From Eledone cirrhosa (lineage: Eukaryota), in contig OZ024742.1 of assembly GCA_964016885.1 (NCBI GenBank), positions 49,104,001-49,168,000 on the forward strand: a DNA stretch of 64,000 nt, in the 5' to 3' direction. The stretch's first letter is position 1. Every line of letters starts with the position of its first letter. The notes beneath the pieces were generated by a model, which saw only the letters and a program-made list of their open reading frames with translations, was not told the origin of the DNA and searched no databases. This document shows positions 25,846-41,001 of this stretch, in pieces. The position numbers and the translations under genes were made by a program.

Positions 25846-25853
<8 letters not shown>
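25362..25853 (+). mobile_element. HHR-bearing fold-back element (family B)
   Basis: Arms 25419-25586 and 25686-25853; homologous to 13419-13946; (TA)n flanks. Confidence 0.85.
25657..25699 (+). ncRNA. Type-I hammerhead ribozyme
   Basis: GTCA|CTGAAGA|GGACACAGAATGTGTAAC|GAAAG AA CTT^TGAC. Confidence 0.7.
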
Positions 25854-25882
<29 letters not shown>

Positions 25883-26163
25883 AAAATGGAACGGGAACAA
25901 AACAGAGGAGCAGTACGAACAAAGGTTTATTAGTTTCACGCTCTTGAGAGTGGGCAGGGGGGGGGGGACATATATATAAATATGTATATATATATGTATA
26001 TATATATATGAGTCACTAGAATAGTCTGTTAGTTTGTAAAAAAAATAATGTGTATTGATGTACATGGGATACGAATCCACAACTTTGGTTTGCTGATGTG
26101 TTACCATTACACCAACACGCACCTATGCACCCTTCCATTCAATTAGAAGCTATACTAACCATA

Positions 26164-26278
<115 letters not shown>

Positions 26279-26355
26279 ATCAAAAGATGGTTAAAGGAGT
26301 TCCATGTATTTTATTATGCGCATTTCAAAAACAAACATCATCATGCAATACCTCC

Positions 26356-26403
<48 letters not shown>

Positions 26404-26555
26404 TTAGTTAAGCAAAACAAGACCACAAATTTCACAAGGAAGACATTATTAAAAGATTGTCAACATATTTAGTTTGATGTAAGGAATGTAGATAGTAATA
26501 ATAATAATAATTTTAATAATAATAATAATAATATTAATAATAATAATAATTTTTT

Positions 26556-26693
26556 TTTTTCTACTTTTGGCACAAGGCCATCAATTACCCAGTACATTAC
26601 TGGTACTTTATTTTATCGACCCCGTAAGGATGAAAGGCAAAGTTAACCTCGGCGGGAGGTTAACTTTGCCTTTCATCCTTACGGGGTCGATAA
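26556..26693 (-). mobile_element. MetaSINE-type SINE with perfect internal fold-back
   Basis: 26613-26650 is the reverse complement of 26656-26693 around GGCGG. Confidence 0.85.
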
Positions 26694-26814
26694 TATTAAT
26701 AATAATAATAATGCCCGATTATGGCTGACAGCTGATGAAACAAAAGCACCATAGTAAAAACTAATATATGGAACATTATATTATGTAACTTTATTTTAAT
26801 TTATATTCCTTTGA

Positions 26815-26935
26815 GTTCCGATGAGCCACTCTGTATTTTTAAATATGTTAATTATTTTCAACTGAACCAGATCAATTATGATACATAGTCATCTGATCCA
26901 GAAATATTATACGGAGTAGCGAAACAATTGTAAAC
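26815..26935 (+). ncRNA. Hammerhead ribozyme with long stem II
   Basis: GTT|CCGATGA|GC CACTCTGTAT...ATACGGAGTA GC|GAAAC AATT GTA^AAC. Confidence 0.7.
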
Positions 26936-27249
26936 GGGCATTATTATTATTATTAATATTATTATTATTATTATTCTCTACATTCCTTACATCAAACTAA
27001 ATATGTTGACAATCTTTTAATAATGTCTTCCTTGTGAAATGTGTGGTCTTGTTTTGCTTAACTAATGAATATTTCCAGCTCTGCGCACCTAACCTCTGCA
27101 TAAACCCAGCCACCTAGCTGCTTTCTACTGCATATTGCACATTGAGCACATGCCTTTACGCTTTGGCTTCTAACTAACTCACCAATCTTTCCTCTCATAT
27201 TTCCTTTACTATCTCAATCTCTCTCTTTAAGATTGGTTACTCTTGAACT

Positions 27250-28724
<1,475 letters not shown>

Positions 28725-28831
28725 TATGAAGAGAGAAGAAACATTTAGATATAATTAGTAATAAAATGAATCATACCTAAACTGCTCCTAGATTCCTCGA
28801 CTACGTAGTTTCGTGGCATAAACAAAAACAA

Positions 28832-29768
28832 TCTATATATATAAAACTGAGATTGTCTGTCTGTCTATCGATTTTTGGCACACATCTCCTCTTAGAATCT
28901 CTCACGGAATTGCACCGAAATTGCGATACTTGTACATTGAGCCCTAGCGAAAACATCGGAAAAAAAATATTTCAAATTGACCCGCCCTATCTGACGAAAT
29001 CGAATATAATGTATCGATTTTTGAGCGTAAGTGATCAGTTATTTCCCTTTGTTCTGTTTACATTGAGCGTCTTACGTAAAAAATTACGCTGGCTTTCTCA
29101 GCGTTTAAAATGACATTAACACAATAGTCGAGCCAGCAAAATATTGACCTGCAAAATTCATCAGTTCGAACACTAAGCTTCCGTTTTGCTTCATTTCCAT
29201 TTAAAAGCATTTTAAAACAATATTTTTACTTGAAAACAAGTCTATTTAAAGACTACGTAAAACAAGCAAATATTTCGTCGTTAGGCGTGCAGACAGACAG
29301 TCGTGCAGACAGACAGTCGTGCAGAGAGGTGATATACGCGTGCAGACAGACAGTCGTGCAGAGAGGTGATATAGGCGTGTAGACAGACAGTCGTGCAGAG
29401 AGGTGATATAGGCGTGCAGACAGACAGTCGTGCAGAGAGGTGATATAGGCGTGCAGACAGACATAAATGATAATTTGGTTACGCTAATGTTTTTATCTGC
29501 GTTGCAGTGTTTACATTTTCGATCTTTGTTAATAAATAACCAGTGCAGTTTTTATCCCCAGCATCCTCTTTTGTTATAACATTCGGGTTATCGTTATGTT
29601 TTCTTAACTTCATAAGGCATATTGTTGTTTGAGGGAATATTAATCAAAAACACCACATGCAAGTCTGCACAGTAGACACTACAGTTTTTAAGCCAAAAAA
29701 GAAACTTAACATTGTAACTTTAACACAGCTACTGAGCGACCCCGAGCAACGCCGGGCTTTACTGCTAG
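28832..29768 (+). mobile_element. Non-autonomous Helitron
   Basis: A|TCTATATATATAAAAC ... CCCGAGCAACGCCGGG hairpin ... CTAG|T; empty site visible in the paralog at 30330-30360. Confidence 0.9.
29283..29462 (+). repeat. 37-bp minisatellite inside the Helitron
   Basis: GGCGTGCAGACAGACAGTCGTGCAGAGAGGTGATATA units starting at 29374, 29411, 29448. Confidence 0.9.
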
Positions 29769-30295
29769 TACATCATAAAGATATAGAGTCCTTGCGAGGT
29801 CTGCCGACTTCAAGAGGTGGTGAAGGAGACGAGAAGTAGGAGTAATGGAAGCTTTCCAGCAGTCCCCACACTTCAAAGATTGCTCGACCAGAGGGAGTTA
29901 TTAACAATATCTTTAGAAACACACAGATACATGCGGGGACACACATATACATGAATGCATCCGCACCCAACCGTGAGTTAAGGGTGCCAACTTCACCGAT
30001 GTTGCTCAATGAATGACTGGGACAGACCAATCCGGTTGAACTAGACTGAACCAGTATCAGAGTTAAAAATACATTATGAAGAGAGAAGAAACATTTAGAT
30101 ATAATTAGTAATAAAATGAATCATACCTAAACTGCTCCTAGATTCCTCGACTACGTAGTTTCGTGGCATAAACAAAAACAAAGAGGCTTAGCTCTGTTTC
30201 TCGACCGTTATATCGCGTGACTATCTCCCCCTCCGCCTTTTGGGATTCTTTCTCACGTCGCGTAGACGCGTTCTTGAGACTAGTAAAATGAGGTA

Positions 30296-30385
30296 TCCTC
30301 TTGATAAGTCGGCAGACCTCGCAAGGACTCTATATCTTTATGATGTATTGTTTTTGTTTATGCCACGAAACTACGTAGTCGAGGA
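30296..30385 (+). ncRNA. Type-I hammerhead ribozyme, U3-A8 core variant
   Basis: TCCTC|TTGATAA|GTCGGCA...TGCCAC|GAAAC TACGTA GTC^GAGGA; palindromic stem III, canonical GUC. Confidence 0.85.
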
Positions 30386-30635
30386 ATCTAGGAGCAGTTT
30401 AGGTATGATACATTTTATTACTAATTATATCTAAATGTTTCTTCTCTCTTCATAATGTATTTTTAACTCTGATACTGGTTCAGTCTAGTTCAACCGGATT
30501 GGTCTGTCCCAGTCATTCATTGAGCAACATCGGTGAAGTTGGCACCCTTAACTCACGGTTGGGTGCGGATGCATTCATGTATATGTGTGTGTCCGCATGT
30601 ATCTGTGTGTTTCTAAATATATTATATATATATAT

Positions 30636-30746
30636 ATAGGAACCAGTAAGACCCCGACAGCTGAGCTCAAGCCGTTTCGACGGCTAGTCCAGAATTAGCC
30701 GTCGAAACGGCTTGAGCTCAGCTGTCGGGGTCTTACTGGTTCCTAT
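30636..30746. repeat. Perfect 51-bp palindrome centred on loop II of a half-hammerhead
   Basis: 30636-30686 is the exact reverse complement of 30696-30746; TAGCCGTC GAAAC GGCTTGAGCTCAGCT GTC^GGGG. Confidence 0.9.
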
Positions 30747-30822
30747 TACCCACTCTACTACCTCAAGTATTGAGTACTTTGGTGCGTTATGGTCCACCTG
30801 GTTCCTTACCACATTTCCTTCG

Positions 30823-30858
<36 letters not shown>

Positions 30859-30975
30859 GTATGGATTCACCAAACATTTATTATAATGCTCTGTGTGTTT
30901 GTAAACAAGCATCCCGTATTAAGGCGTAGTGTCTAGCAACCACCGTTTCTCGTTTGTTCAACACTGACAAAGGAA

Positions 30976-31016
30976 CGCTGTACTAGTTTCAAGCTTGTTA
31001 GCTATCGTCAGCAACG
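30976..31016 (-). ncRNA. Type-I hammerhead ribozyme (family A)
   Basis: CGTTG|CTGACGA|TAGCTAACAAGCTT|GAAAC TA GTA^CAGCG. Confidence 0.8.
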
Positions 31017-31360
31017 TATACCTTCCTGCCAGATAGTTGAACGTCCGAAAGTATATACTTTCCTTATGCATATTAACGGCTAAGTAGCCCAATTTGCATA
31101 TCGAGTGGGTTAATCGGCCGGGTGCACCGAAAGCGATAATACGGAAAAATTGAAACGAAATTTCATTTCCCACACTTAGTGCGGCTGTTACTTAAATATA
31201 AGTATGTATACGTACATACATATATGTATACAGACGTACAGTAGTATGTATATATATATACATACATGCACACATATATATATATATGTACGTATGGATC
31301 ATATTTAAGTAACAGCCGTACTAAAAGTGGGAAATGAAATTTAGTTTCATCTTTTCCGTT

Positions 31361-31468
<108 letters not shown>

Positions 31469-31473
31469 TATAC

Positions 31474-31564
<91 letters not shown>

Positions 31565-31569
31565 TATAC

Positions 31570-31675
<106 letters not shown>

Positions 31676-31925
31676 CCCTGAATTTTCTTCTTCTTCCTTT
31701 TCTTCCTTCCCCCTTCTTCTCTCTTCTTTCTTTTTTCTTGTGGTACGATATTAACACTGACTTATGTACCTCTCCCTTTCTGTTTTCCTCTATTTGACCG
31801 GTAGTAGCACACTATAAGCTTTAGCCACGTCACTTGAGGGCGACCGGCAAAGGTGGAAGATGTTGGATGGCGGTCGTCTTCCGGTCTTTGATTTTCAGCC
31901 CCATGGATTTTATCTATTGCATAAG

Positions 31926-33027
31926 GGGACGTAACTCTATGCTTCAAAGCATATAATGTTCTTAATATTTTAGCTTTTCTTATTGTCGTTGCTGTTGTCA
32001 TCATAGTCGTCATTGTTATGCTTGATGTTGTTGGTAGTGGTGTTGAAGTTACGGTTTAAAAAGTTATTATTATGATTGTTGGGTGGTGGATTGGCAGTAT
32101 CGGTAGAGCGTCAGACAACATACTTTGCAGCATAGAGTTATGTCCCTTTACGTTCTGAATTCAAATCCCGCCGAGGTTAACTTTGCCTTTTATTTTTACG
32201 GGGTAGATAAAATAAAGTACCAGTAATACACTGAGTAATTGCTGGCCTTGTGCCAAAAGCAGAAACAATTATTATGATTGTTGTTGTTCGGGCGGTAGAT
32301 TGGCAGTGTCGGTAGAGCGTCGGACAATATGCTTCGTGGCATAGAGTTACGTTCTGAGTATTTAAGCATATGAGCCCGCATAATTGAGTTCAAATCCCGC
32401 CGAGGTTAGCTTTGCCTTTCATCCTACCGGGGTCGATAAAATTAAGTAACAGTCACGCAATGGGGTCGATTTAATTGACTTTCTCCTCCCTCAAATTGCT
32501 GGCCTTTTGCCTAAAACAGAAACCATTATTGTTGATGTTGTTGTTCAGGTTGTAGTTGTTATAGTTATTATTATTTTTGTTGTGTTTGTTATTTTCGGTG
32601 GTGTTGGTGTTGGTCTTAAGTGTTGTCATTTTTACTGTTGGGGTTGCTGTTGTTGCGGCTGTTATTGCCGGTTGAGTCGAGGTTGCAATGATCACTGTTA
32701 TTGTCGTTGTTTTTGTGATTGTTGTTGGTGTTCCACATTTCATTATGTGAAATCTCTCCACATTTGACGATGATCACGACAGTGATGATGAAAATGATGC
32801 TTATGGCGGCCAGCACGTAGGACGCCATTTGCTCATAATACAGAGAGATGGGTAGGGCGAGAGAGTAGTTCGGCTCCTCCGTATTCGGACCCGGTGTGCA
32901 GCGTCAGTTGTCCGAATGGAGGTAGTGGTTTGTACTTAGTGAAGGTTTTTAGAGCCTTGTGTTTGCGAATCCTCTATGTATTATTATATGTTTGGGTTCA
33001 ACATAATTCTGTTACATAATTCACCAT
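31926..33027. repeat. 1.1-kb inverted duplication, arm 2, including SINEs 32085-32270 and 32293-32527 (+)
   Basis: Reverse complement of 22534-23635. Confidence 0.9.
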
Positions 33028-33072
33028 AAAAGACATAAATATATATGCGTGTGTGTGTGTGTGTCTGTATTC

Positions 33073-33118
<46 letters not shown>

Positions 33119-33304
33119 ATAATAATAAATTTGAAGACTAAAATCCAAAGAGGGCTCGATAAGGATAAATATATATCAAATATATAAGAACAGTAGAGTA
33201 AATATTTATTAAAATAACAGATTGAAGTTTAAGCAAAGAATCGCTGCTTTCACCCTTAACGGGATCTTCTGAAACTAACAAAGTCAATCTGTAAACGCAG
33301 AAGG

Positions 33305-33469
<165 letters not shown>

Positions 33470-33494
33470 ATATATACCCCCACCCACATATATA

Positions 33495-33603
<109 letters not shown>

Positions 33604-34101
33604 GTTGTTTATATTCCAGCATATAATGTAAAAGTACTCAATATATCCTTTATCCATATGTGTAAACATGTGTTTCTAATCGATCATGTTCGGCAGTCTA
33701 TGTGCAATCAACCTTATTCTCAAGGATAAGCTTGAACTGACGAAAGCTGTGGAGCCATAAACTTGTTATCTACACTTGACATAAACAGTCTTCCACAGAA
33801 TGTGGTTTATAAACACACACACACAGATCTATATACATGTGTGTTCGCGCGTGTGTGAGCATGTAAACCAATTTAAATTCAAAGAAAAGTATCGGTGTAA
33901 AACGCATTGTAATAAGAAAAGTATTAGTAAAACGAAAGTATAAACACGATGACTTTCATAATAATAATGATAATAATAATAATTGTATCAAGTGCTAACA
34001 TTTCGTTTGCTTCATTCTTTTTGTTTACTTTTTACACACGTCCTCTCTTTGTTGATTTTCCCAAGTTTATCTATCTATCTATCTATCTATATATCTATCT
34101 A

Positions 34102-34160
<59 letters not shown>

Positions 34161-34502
34161 AAACGTAATCCTGGTATGTTTATATACATTTTTTTATTCT
34201 AACTTTAATTTTATACCTAATTGTGTATGGTTGACCATATATTTAATCGATTTCCACGTGTTATTTAAATGCTGGGTAAATATTCTATAGCTATTGATCG
34301 CGAATAGATGGCTGTCGTTTATTTATTTATTATTTCTTTATAGGTGCCTTTTAATCTCATAGTCTGGTTTAATTTTTTTTTTGTGTGTGGTTGATTTGCT
34401 GATAATGTATACATACTTATATTTAAGTATGAGTATATTGAGGAAATGGTGGATATATCTTATCAAATGATTCTAAGGACATAATTTATAGTATATATAT
34501 AT

Positions 34503-34561
<59 letters not shown>

Positions 34562-34566
34562 TACAC

Positions 34567-34655
<89 letters not shown>

Positions 34656-34898
34656 TATACACATATATATTATGTATATCGAATATAATAAATTACATGA
34701 ATACACCAATTGCGCAGTTGAAGGATTAGCATTATGTAACTGACATGTGTTTCGCCGATATGTAGGTAAGCATATCTAGAATCGCTAACCCGAAACGCTT
34801 TTTCTTTTTCGGAGAACTCAACTTCAAATATTTTGCGCTCACCACTATGACACAGTCTTCGGTTTCAACTACCGAAAACCGATTAATACTATAATCCC

Positions 34899-35041
<143 letters not shown>

Positions 35042-35176
35042 GAAGATTTGTCGTAATATTGTTGATTGAGTAGTCTAATATTGGGACGTTTAAATCCACT
35101 GAACGGGAAAAGATGGTTAGGTGCCATTTAGTTAGACATGGACTGGACAAATACTGACCGAAACCTATCGCAGTTA

Positions 35177-35246
<70 letters not shown>

Positions 35247-35963
35247 AATTAGGAAGTGTGGTTACAATGATAATATCATATCATATCATTAAAAAAACCA
35301 CGTGGGAACAGAAATAGAGAACAGAACACTCGGAAGAGACACGCACATGGACACATCCCGCTCAACGGCTATCTTCTCGGGATCATTATAGTTTCGGATA
35401 TTTATAAGGAATATCTATTCACCACCTGTATATTAATAGAATCCACTAAGTATCCTCGGCTAGTTATTCGTAATGAAAACTCTACGAATGTTGAACAAAA
35501 AACACAAGAAGTAATATCTTCATATTCGTTCTGGGACGTAATCTACATAATAACGTGTATGAGGATTACGTTCAGGGTTACACAAGTGTTCAATTGTTTA
35601 CGCGTGAATTTTATGAGCAGGATGTTCCATTCATGGAACAACTGGTACATTCATCATCGAAATTGACGGATGTCCATCGAATTGAGTGTCTATGTGTTTG
35701 TATAGGTGTATAATACATTCATTAAATCTTACAGCTTGTGAGGTGACCACCCTCATGGAATAGCTCCAAGATATTTGGGATAGGATTTAGTATTTAATGG
35801 AATTACCCTTTCCTTCTTAGAAATCAACGTATTGCTTTGTTCTTCAATATAACTACGATATGAAGAGACCACTTTAATAGTCAGGATTTTTTCTTTTACT
35901 TATTACATACATTTTTACCGCTTCTTTCTGTCCATTATGAAAACACACACACTCTCTCATTCT

Positions 35964-36046
<83 letters not shown>

Positions 36047-36382
36047 ATATATATATACATATGTATATATATATATATATAGGCAAAGAACAAAACAAAA
36101 ACAAGGAGGCGGTACATATATATATATATGTATATATACATATGCATATATAGCTATGTGTGTCCGCATTTGTGTGTGTGTGTGTATGTGCGCGCGCCCG
36201 TGCGCGTGTGCATGTGTGTGCGTGTGTGCGTGTGTGTGCGTGTGTGTATGTGTGTGGCTGTATTTCATATATCATCTTCCACTTTTATTTCGATTTTTAA
36301 TTTTTGTTTTTTTGCTATATTTGTTTATATATGAAATCATGTATGTCTAGTGGGAATTTCGAGGATTGTTTGGGAGGAAATG

Positions 36383-36448
<66 letters not shown>

Positions 36449-37086
36449 AGATGGAATATGTCATGAGATTGTATATGAAGTTTTACATCACAAAGTTAAC
36501 ATAAATTTCCCTTATTCTCCAAAAAATCTCAAGCTGTGTGCAAACGGATTGACCTCGGCTGTCTGACATACGATGGTTGTAGTGGTAGAAATGGAGGAAG
36601 TAGTGCTGGTGTTGATGGTGATGGAAGCGGTATGATGATGGAGTTTGTTATGCTGAGGGCGGGGAACCAGAAATCACTGATGCTTGTGGAGGAAAAAAGG
36701 GGTTAGGACAGAAAGTTAATTGATTTCACGTATATGGACCATCTGGTATTGTTTTTACTCACTTAGACATTCGCAGCATCGGCCATACTCCTCGCAGTTG
36801 CTCCTCAAAATCTGCATCCGTGATTGCACTTAGTATTAGATGCTAGCATAACACACTTTCAAATCCACACGCTTACATATAGGAAAATTGTTTTGCATAT
36901 ACATATTCGGATAATATCTATCTATCTATATATCTACTCTACTGTCTATTTATGCTTTGGTCGGATGTCAGACGTGTCTGTATGCGTCTTCCTATGCTCC
37001 GTGGGTGGTGTAAATACATATATATATATTATATATATATATTTATATATAATACATATATATTATATATATATATATATAATACA

Positions 37087-37142
<56 letters not shown>

Positions 37143-37144
37143 CA

Positions 37145-37184
<40 letters not shown>

Positions 37185-37186
37185 CA

Positions 37187-37249
<63 letters not shown>

Positions 37250-37558
37250 GGTTTGTTGGTTCACCACTGGTCAGAACTGGTCATTCCGTATGGTCAACCT
37301 CGATGTAATATTATGGAGAGCACTCGACGTAATGCAACTGACCCGTCTTCGTTTGTGTTGTTGGTGGTACGAGTACAGAGTTAATTATTATAAAATAACA
37401 GGAGGCTGGACTGGTGTAAATGAACTTTTCAATGACCGGGTTCAGTATGAATCCGGTGACATCATCAGGTATTCGAAATTTAACAAAGGAATATAATACA
37501 CACAATCTATGTGGCTGAAAGAGCAGAGAGACGAGAAGGCGGCCAAAAAATTAGCAGT

Positions 37559-37589
<31 letters not shown>

Positions 37590-37593
<4 letters not shown>

Positions 37594-38042
37594 AAGTTTT
37601 ATTTAAATTGTTGGGTTACAACGAGTAAATATTTATAACTGATATAAAAGCACTCAACAAGTATTTGGAGTATATTTACGATATTAAATAAATGGAAACT
37701 ATATTTATAAAACCATATTTATTTCATTATATATATTTCAGGGATATCACATTAAAAATATGGTATGCCTTCTTCAGACAAAATACAATATAAACAGTCT
37801 TATAAATAGATAGATTTGACATACCTTTCAACTTCATCTTCCATTTAAAAAGTTGATTTGGTAGTGAAAAATGTTAGGGACAGTTATAAAAAGAAAGAAA
37901 GAAAAAAGCGAAGAAAAAGAAGAAATGCATGCAACTAAATAGAGAGAGATAGATATAGAGAGAGAGATAGAGAGAAGAAATTCATGTAAAGAAACAGAGA
38001 GAAATATATAGAGAGAGGAAAAAAACACAGAGGGAGATAGAT

Positions 38043-38074
<32 letters not shown>

Positions 38075-38083
38075 AAAAATATA
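37590..38083 (-). mobile_element. Inverted pseudo-LTR of the PLE at 40915-44420
   Basis: 37678-38080 is the reverse complement of ~44010-44420; contains HHR 37721-37784 (-). Confidence 0.85.
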
Positions 38084-40900
38084 TGTTTCTTTTATTTGCC
38101 ACTAGGGCATCAAAAGTGGGACAAGTACAAAGGGGGGAGTTTACACAAAAAGGCGTCCTCAATAAGGAGGAGGCAATAACAAAATATAAAAATAAAATAA
38201 GATATAACAAAAAATAAAATTTATAACAAAATCCTCAATAGAGAGGAGGCGCCTTGGGGGGTCGCACACACCCCCGAAAAAAGTGTGCAACCCTTTTCCT
38301 CAGGAGGACAGAGAGGGGGTGCTCCCTCGTTCCTTCCTCTTTTACACCTACAGGCTTATGTAAAGAGAGAAGGCCCATTCACACGGGCCATTCTCGCCAC
38401 TTTCACCCACCTTTCATAAAAACGACTGGGGTGCAGCACCTCTCTCTCCATCCTGATCCTTCTTCCGAAATGATATCGGAAGAAACGGACCAGTTGTTGG
38501 CCAGAGAGAAAGGTGCTTGATCTCAGTCCTTTCAGACGCGTCCACCATACAACCTCTTTCGCCATGGCTATTACGCACAGAAACACCGCCTCTGCTTCAT
38601 CTTTGAAGGGGGGAGGCGGCTTGATCATTACAATAGACTCGGTGGTCAACCGGATCGGTCCCACCCTTGACAGCAGTTGTTCGACATAGCCCCACAGATC
38701 GGCTACGCCCGAGCAGTCTACCAATGCGTGTGCAACGGTTTCCTCGTCGCACACGCATCTGGGACAGATCTTTTTGGCGGGGTCCCTACCCGGGCGCCCG
38801 TGTCTGTAGAGCCTTTCTCGAACGGGTAAAGCCCCTCGGTAGCACTGCCAGGCCAGGGACTTCTGGAAGTTGTCCATAGGTCCCGGGCTGAATGTCCTAC
38901 CGAACAGGCTGGCCAGTTCGTCCTCCTCCATGTCTAGGGCTTCTCCGAGGGCGTCGTCGCACCTGCTGCCTACCAGCCCTCTATAGAATGTTGCGGTGGA
39001 GTCTCCACTGATAACCGGATCCGCCTGCCAGAGGGCGGTGAGCGCCTGGGCACACTCAGTGTGCCAGGCGCCCAGTTTTCTCGGTCTTTGCTTGACCCAG
39101 GATTGCAGCTCGGTGAGTGAGACGAGTCTGGGAAAGGTTCGTCTCACAAACGAGGCCCACACCGGTTGTCCGGTGAGGAATACGTAGAGGTGCCGTAGCC
39201 TTAATGCGTGCTTACGCATCCTTAGCCACGGCAACCCCAGCCCTCCTTTCGAAGGGTGTTGACAGCAGATGGATCTCCTCACCATAGGAGCCCGCCTCTT
39301 CCAAAGGAATTGGAAGAGCGCGCGCTCCATCTTGGTGAGGGTTTCCCTTGGGCAGGGCACTACGGTCAGGCGGTAGTAGATGACGGACGCTATATAAGTG
39401 TTCGCCACCTCCGCTCGACCTTTCAGGGATAGTTTGCAACTGGCCCACTTCTGGGTCAGTGCAAACACCTTGTTCGTAACCTCCGTCCAGTTTTTCTCCA
39501 CCTGGAGGTCCGGTCCGAACCAGACCCCGAGCAACTTCACCGGGCCCTCCGTCCAGCGTCCGACGACGCCATCGGAGGGCATCGGTCTGCCCCTCCACGT
39601 GCCGAGTTGCAAACCGATCGACTTGTCCCGGTTCAGCTTAGCTCCTGTGAACTTTTCGTACTCCTCCAGTAAGGTGCCGACCGCCTCGATTTCGGAGGCC
39701 GTCGACACCATTACTGTCACGTCATCGGCGTAGGCTGACACCGCTTTCCGCAATCCCGGTTCCAAAGGGATGCCCTGCAACAACTCCAACTTCCGCAGTA
39801 GTGGCTAGAGAGTCAACACATACAGAAGGGAGGAGAGAGGGCACCCTTGTCGGATGGACCGCGCGATTTTGAACGGCTCCGAGAGGTAGCCGTTCACCTT
39901 GACCCTAGAGCAGATGCGGCCGCTGTGCATAGCAGTGATCCAGCCCCTGAAAACGGGTCCGAAGCCTTCCGCCGCTAGCACCGCATCCAGGTAACCATGG
40001 TCGACCCTATCGAACGCCTTCGATTGATCCAAGTTGATCAGAGCCCCACCAAAGCCGGGTTCGTTCCCAACCCTCTCTATGATGTATCGCATGAGGTGGA
40101 GGTTGTCATGGATGGACCTGGACGGGATAGCGCATGTCTGCGCATCTCCCACCAGGTTGCCCACGACAAGCGCCAACCTCTTTGCTAGCACCTTGGCCAA
40201 AATCTGTAACTCTGTATTTAGCAGAGTTATGGGCCTGAAGTTACTTATTTCGTCCCCCTTGTTCTCGTCCTTCCTCACTAGCGTGACTACGCCCTTGGTC
40301 ACAGTACAGGGAATTCTCCCGTTCTGTTGCCAGTTGCAGTAGACCGCCTCGAGGAGATCGGGGAATAAGTCCGGCATAGCTAGATATAATTCGTAAGGAA
40401 GACCATCAAGACCCGGGGTTTTGCGTTCGTCGCATTGGCTCAGCACGTCCTCTATCTCAGCGGCCGAAATCGGCTCCTCGCAGGACTTCGCCTCCCTGTC
40501 CGAGAGGCGCGGCAGGCCGTCGAGGTATGGAACGAAGTCCACGTTCCCAACCGGCTCCCCGCCCCTCCCGAACAGTCGGGCAAAGTGCCTTTGAAAGGCC
40601 TCACACATCTGCTTAGTCTCAAGAATCGCCCGTCCATCCAGGTCTCGCAAAGACCGGATGGTGGATTTAGTTCCACTGTTGGCCTCTGTCACCCACTCAG
40701 CTTTGGTCCCCTCGTTCCCTAGAGCACGTATTTTACTTCGGACAACACAGCCTTCGTGCTTCGCGTCGAAAAACTGGCTCAAGGCCGTTCTCGACGCTAG
40801 CACTCTGGCCACGTCGCCGCTTCTAATTGCCTCTTCTACTCTATCTATTAGCTCCCTTTCCTTCCTATTCCTATCCGCAGCTAGAACCTTACTATAATTT
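38083..40900 (-). mobile_element. Tx1-like L1-clade LINE, 5'-truncated
   Basis: ORFs 39805-40900 and 38356-39789 (one frameshift): TPGLDGLP, NFRPITLLN, LDQSKAFD, RQGCPLS, YADD, CPRC...HALVDC. Confidence 0.9.
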
Positions 40901-41001
40901 CTATCATACAATGAGTCAAATTCAAGAGAAACTTCAAAGGCCAGGAACATCTGAAAGGCATTAAGGATAATATTGAGAGCTTAGAGAAAACTGAGAAGAT
41001 C

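Larger units (their letters stand above)
26398..27230 (+). mobile_element. HHR-bearing fold-back element interrupted by a SINE
   Basis: Arm 26398-26717 (SINE inserted 26551-26693) is the reverse complement of 26935-27071. Confidence 0.8.

Noticed and set aside
29283-29462. CRISPR-like array
   Set aside because: Head-to-tail 37-bp minisatellite without unique spacers, inside a Helitron, in eukaryotic context
35375-35465. Minus-strand HHR-like CCGAGGATA...TATCCGAAACTATA
   Set aside because: Core overlaps stem II and stems I/III do not close
39805-40950. N-terminus MFLAFEVSLEF... of the Tx1 ORF as a real start
   Set aside because: It is antisense read-through of PLE sequence across the junction at ~40900
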